64,000 nt of DNA from IMG/VR virus record IMGVR_UViG_3300020048_000042, positions 58,313 to 122,312 of that record, one strand, 5' to 3'. The position numbers and the translations under genes are program-made. The stretch comes from a virus. How positions within the stretch are numbered: position 1 is the stretch's first letter; each line of letters starts with the position of its first letter. The notes under the pieces are model-generated. The model saw only the letters and a program-made list of their open reading frames with translations. It was not told the origin of the DNA and did no database searches. Shown one piece after another: positions 61,789-64,000 of this stretch.

Positions 61789-63270
61789 ATGGCTTATTTT
61801 CCTAATGCGTTTCAAAAGATGCTAGTAGCAACTTCTGCAACCACACCGTTTCCTGCAGCAGTAGGACCAACAACAGCTATTGCAGCTGGACAAGTAGCAG
61901 TCGTTGATGCGTCAACGAATGTAACTATTAACACCGCTCTTACTCCAGTTTATGGATCAGGTGCTGGTCAATTTACACAGGTTTATCTTGCACAAGGTAG
62001 CTTTCACACAAATGACAAGATTGGACCATTCCATGGAGGTTACAAAGAAACTGTAAAATCTAAAGGAATCAATCCAAAGTATGTTAGTTCATTCTATGTG
62101 ACTGCTCCTTCAAATCCTGTTAACAATGTACTTGAAGTATGTCAAGTTAACTGTGGATTAGAGTGTGACACAATGTATGACTTACGTCTTGACATTAAAG
62201 GTTCTCCTGCATTACGTTTCTTAAATCACAACTTGTACCAAATCCTTAGTGGATTTACAGGATGTTGTACTTTCACTGGTGGAGCAACAACTCCAGACAA
62301 AGTTGATCCAAACGTTGTAATGTTACAATGGGCTGATCAAATCAATGGATTGTATGATGCAAATGGTTTGCCAGTTGTAGGTGGTAACAGTTCAATTCCT
62401 TTCTTAAGCCAGTTTGTGAAAGCAAAAGTGTTTAACAAAACGGCTTTGGCAACAACAGCTACAGGTACAATTGCAACTTCAAATATTACAGTTGTTTCTG
62501 CTGGAACAGGTTTAACTGCAATTCAAGCAGGTAATAAAGTGAAACTTAACGGTTACACTGCATATGTAGGACCTTTATACACAACTGGAACAACAATTCC
62601 TCTTGTTAATGCTGATGGTACTGCATTCTTATTGCCAGCAAACGTTGCTGCTCTTACACCAGTTAAGTTCTATCGTGAAATCACAACTGCAACTTATGTT
62701 CCTTTAACAGGAGCTTCTGCGTTGACAACTGATTCTTGTATTGACATCATTGGTGCATACGTAGATACAGTATTTGGTGATTGTTCATTTAATCCTAAGG
62801 ACAACTTTGAGATTGAGCCAATCTTGCTTTATGCTTCATTAGCAGCATATTCAAATAACTCAAATGATTTGAATGGTAATCCATGTGTAGTTTCTTGCTT
62901 CACTGTAAACACAGTTCAAATTGCTCAACAAGGAAAAGGATTTGGAGAAACTTTGGTTCGTGAATTGATTCTTGCTAAGAGATATCAACAAGAGCCTTGG
63001 TATGACGATGCACGTTTACGTGAAGTAACAGGTGATACTGTTCTTGGATCAAGTAATGCTGGTGGACCAGAGATTGTTCGTGCTAACAAATACTTTGTGT
63101 ACTACTTGTTACACAGTGTACCTCGTAAGTACAATCCATCAGGAACATTTGACAATGACCAATATTTAATCAAAGTTGTTGCAAATGCACGTAACAATGC
63201 GTTTGAAACTTGGTGGAATGCGTTCTTGACAAGTGCTCAAGCTGGTGTAAATCTTACAGTAGTATTGTAA
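61789..63270 (+). CDS. virion structural protein (auxiliary capsid/decoration-like)
   Basis: 493 aa, A/G/T/V-rich, capsid-like codon bias, followed by strong terminator. Confidence 0.6.
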   Translation: MAYFPNAFQKMLVATSATTPFPAAVGPTTAIAAGQVAVVDASTNVTINTALTPVYGSGAGQFTQVYLAQGSFHTNDKIGPFHGGYKETVKSKGINPKYVSSFYVTAPSNPVNNVLEVCQVNCGLECDTMYDLRLDIKGSPALRFLNHNLYQILSGFTGCCTFTGGATTPDKVDPNVVMLQWADQINGLYDANGLPVVGGNSSIPFLSQFVKAKVFNKTALATTATGTIATSNITVVSAGTGLTAIQAGNKVKLNGYTAYVGPLYTTGTTIPLVNADGTAFLLPANVAALTPVKFYREITTATYVPLTGASALTTDSCIDIIGAYVDTVFGDCSFNPKDNFEIEPILLYASLAAYSNNSNDLNGNPCVVSCFTVNTVQIAQQGKGFGETLVRELILAKRYQQEPWYDDARLREVTGDTVLGSSNAGGPEIVRANKYFVYYLLHSVPRKYNPSGTFDNDQYLIKVVANARNNAFETWWNAFLTSAQAGVNLTVVL

Positions 63271-63293
63271 TCTTACTCACATAATAACTAAGG

Positions 63294-63327
63294 AAAGAAG
63301 AGCTAATCACTCTTCTTTTCTTTTTTT
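63294..63327 (+). terminator. intrinsic terminator
   Basis: AAAGAAGAG-N7-CTCTTCTTT then TC-T7. Confidence 0.75.
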
Positions 63328-63388
63328 GTTGTATATTTCAAAAAATTTGCTTAAATTTTATTGAAAGCGGTATATAAATCTCTGCATT

Positions 63389-63946
63389 ATGGCAATAAAA
63401 CACATACTTCAACTTGACGTTCCTGAAACATCTTGTGAGAACATTATCAGAGTTGTTGATACATCAATTTATGCTGATCCCTCAGTATTACCTATAACAT
63501 GTCAAGAGCTTGACATTACATTGCCTGGTACTAATCAGCCAGTATATATAACAACTGGATTGATTCCTAATTTTTGTGGTGTCTTTGATGCTACAGATTT
63601 AGGTATTGACTGTCCTCCAGGTTCAAATCTTCCTGATGGACTTTACACAATAAGTTATAGTATCTCACCAAATGATATTACAAAAATAACTTACTATCAT
63701 CTCAGAACAACGTTGACAGTAAATAGATACTTTGGTGAAATTTGTAAGTTGCATTTGAGAGAATGTGAACCTACATCAGAAGAAAGACAAAACTTAAACG
63801 ACCTACGTTTTATTAAAATGCTAATTGATGCAGCAAAAGCAAAAGTTGAATATTGTCATGCCTCAAAACAAGGTGTTGACATGCTTGCATATGCAAATAG
63901 ACTTTTGGATAAGTATATCATGGGGTGTTGTATAACTTGTAGATAA
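63389..63946 (+). CDS. crAss-like structural (tail ring/hub-like) protein
   Basis: V.DTS.Y...LPI...L.ITLPG, LPDGLY.I.YSI.P, L.LRECE, AKAKVE.C. Confidence 0.6.
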   Translation: MAIKHILQLDVPETSCENIIRVVDTSIYADPSVLPITCQELDITLPGTNQPVYITTGLIPNFCGVFDATDLGIDCPPGSNLPDGLYTISYSISPNDITKITYYHLRTTLTVNRYFGEICKLHLRECEPTSEERQNLNDLRFIKMLIDAAKAKVEYCHASKQGVDMLAYANRLLDKYIMGCCITCR

Positions 63947-63957
63947 AACAGAAGAAT

Positions 63958-64000
63958 ATGAAGTGTGCTAATTGTGGAGCAAAGATGACATGTAGTTGTC
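63958..64000 (+). CDS. start of small Cys-rich ORF (3'-truncated)
   Basis: MKCANCGAKMTCSC... Confidence 0.45.
   Translation, partial: MKCANCGAKMTCSC

Noticed and set aside
1-64000. Stop-codon reassignment (TAG or TGA recoding known in some Crassvirales)
   Set aside because: TerL, portal, MCP, polymerase and RNR are all full-length under code 11, TAG/TGA terminate genes normally, and no suppressor tRNA was seen

Overview
This window is about 64 kb of an AT-rich, crAss-like (Crassvirales-type) dsDNA phage genome. Host is most likely a Bacteroidota bacterium, judged from TTTG/TTG-N20-TAnnTTTG promoters and lipoprotein signals. It uses the standard genetic code, and no integrase, CRISPR array, reverse transcriptase or virion RNA polymerase gene is visible. 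Layout: (1) 1-1337, plus strand: end of a BspA-like LRR fibre gene. (2) 1355-47255, mostly minus strand: replication and nucleotide metabolism (class II RNR, dNMP kinase, family B DNA polymerase, primase, SSB, Sak4-like ATPase, DnaB, UNG, SF2 helicase, dUTPase), interrupted by an inverted lysis cassette at 4.6-6.4 kb. These genes are followed by a long accessory/early region containing a four-gene DUF cassette, two metallophosphoesterases, an unusual tRNA, a membrane cassette and a MoxR-VWA pair. (3) A strand switch at about 47.3-47.7 kb. (4) 47771-64000, plus strand: late module (GroES-like, Acb2-like, HU/IHF-like, PD-(D/E)XK nuclease, TerL, portal, scaffold, major capsid protein, further virion proteins). 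The most striking features are non-coding. A 300-aa helical protein gene (43315-44217) sits between a ~650-nt hairpin-dense leader and a ~240-nt rod-like hairpin, a candidate undescribed RNA-protein module. A tRNA-Phe-like gene carries a 35-nt self-complementary insert exactly at the 37/38 position. All family assignments come from motif recognition by eye, not database searches.
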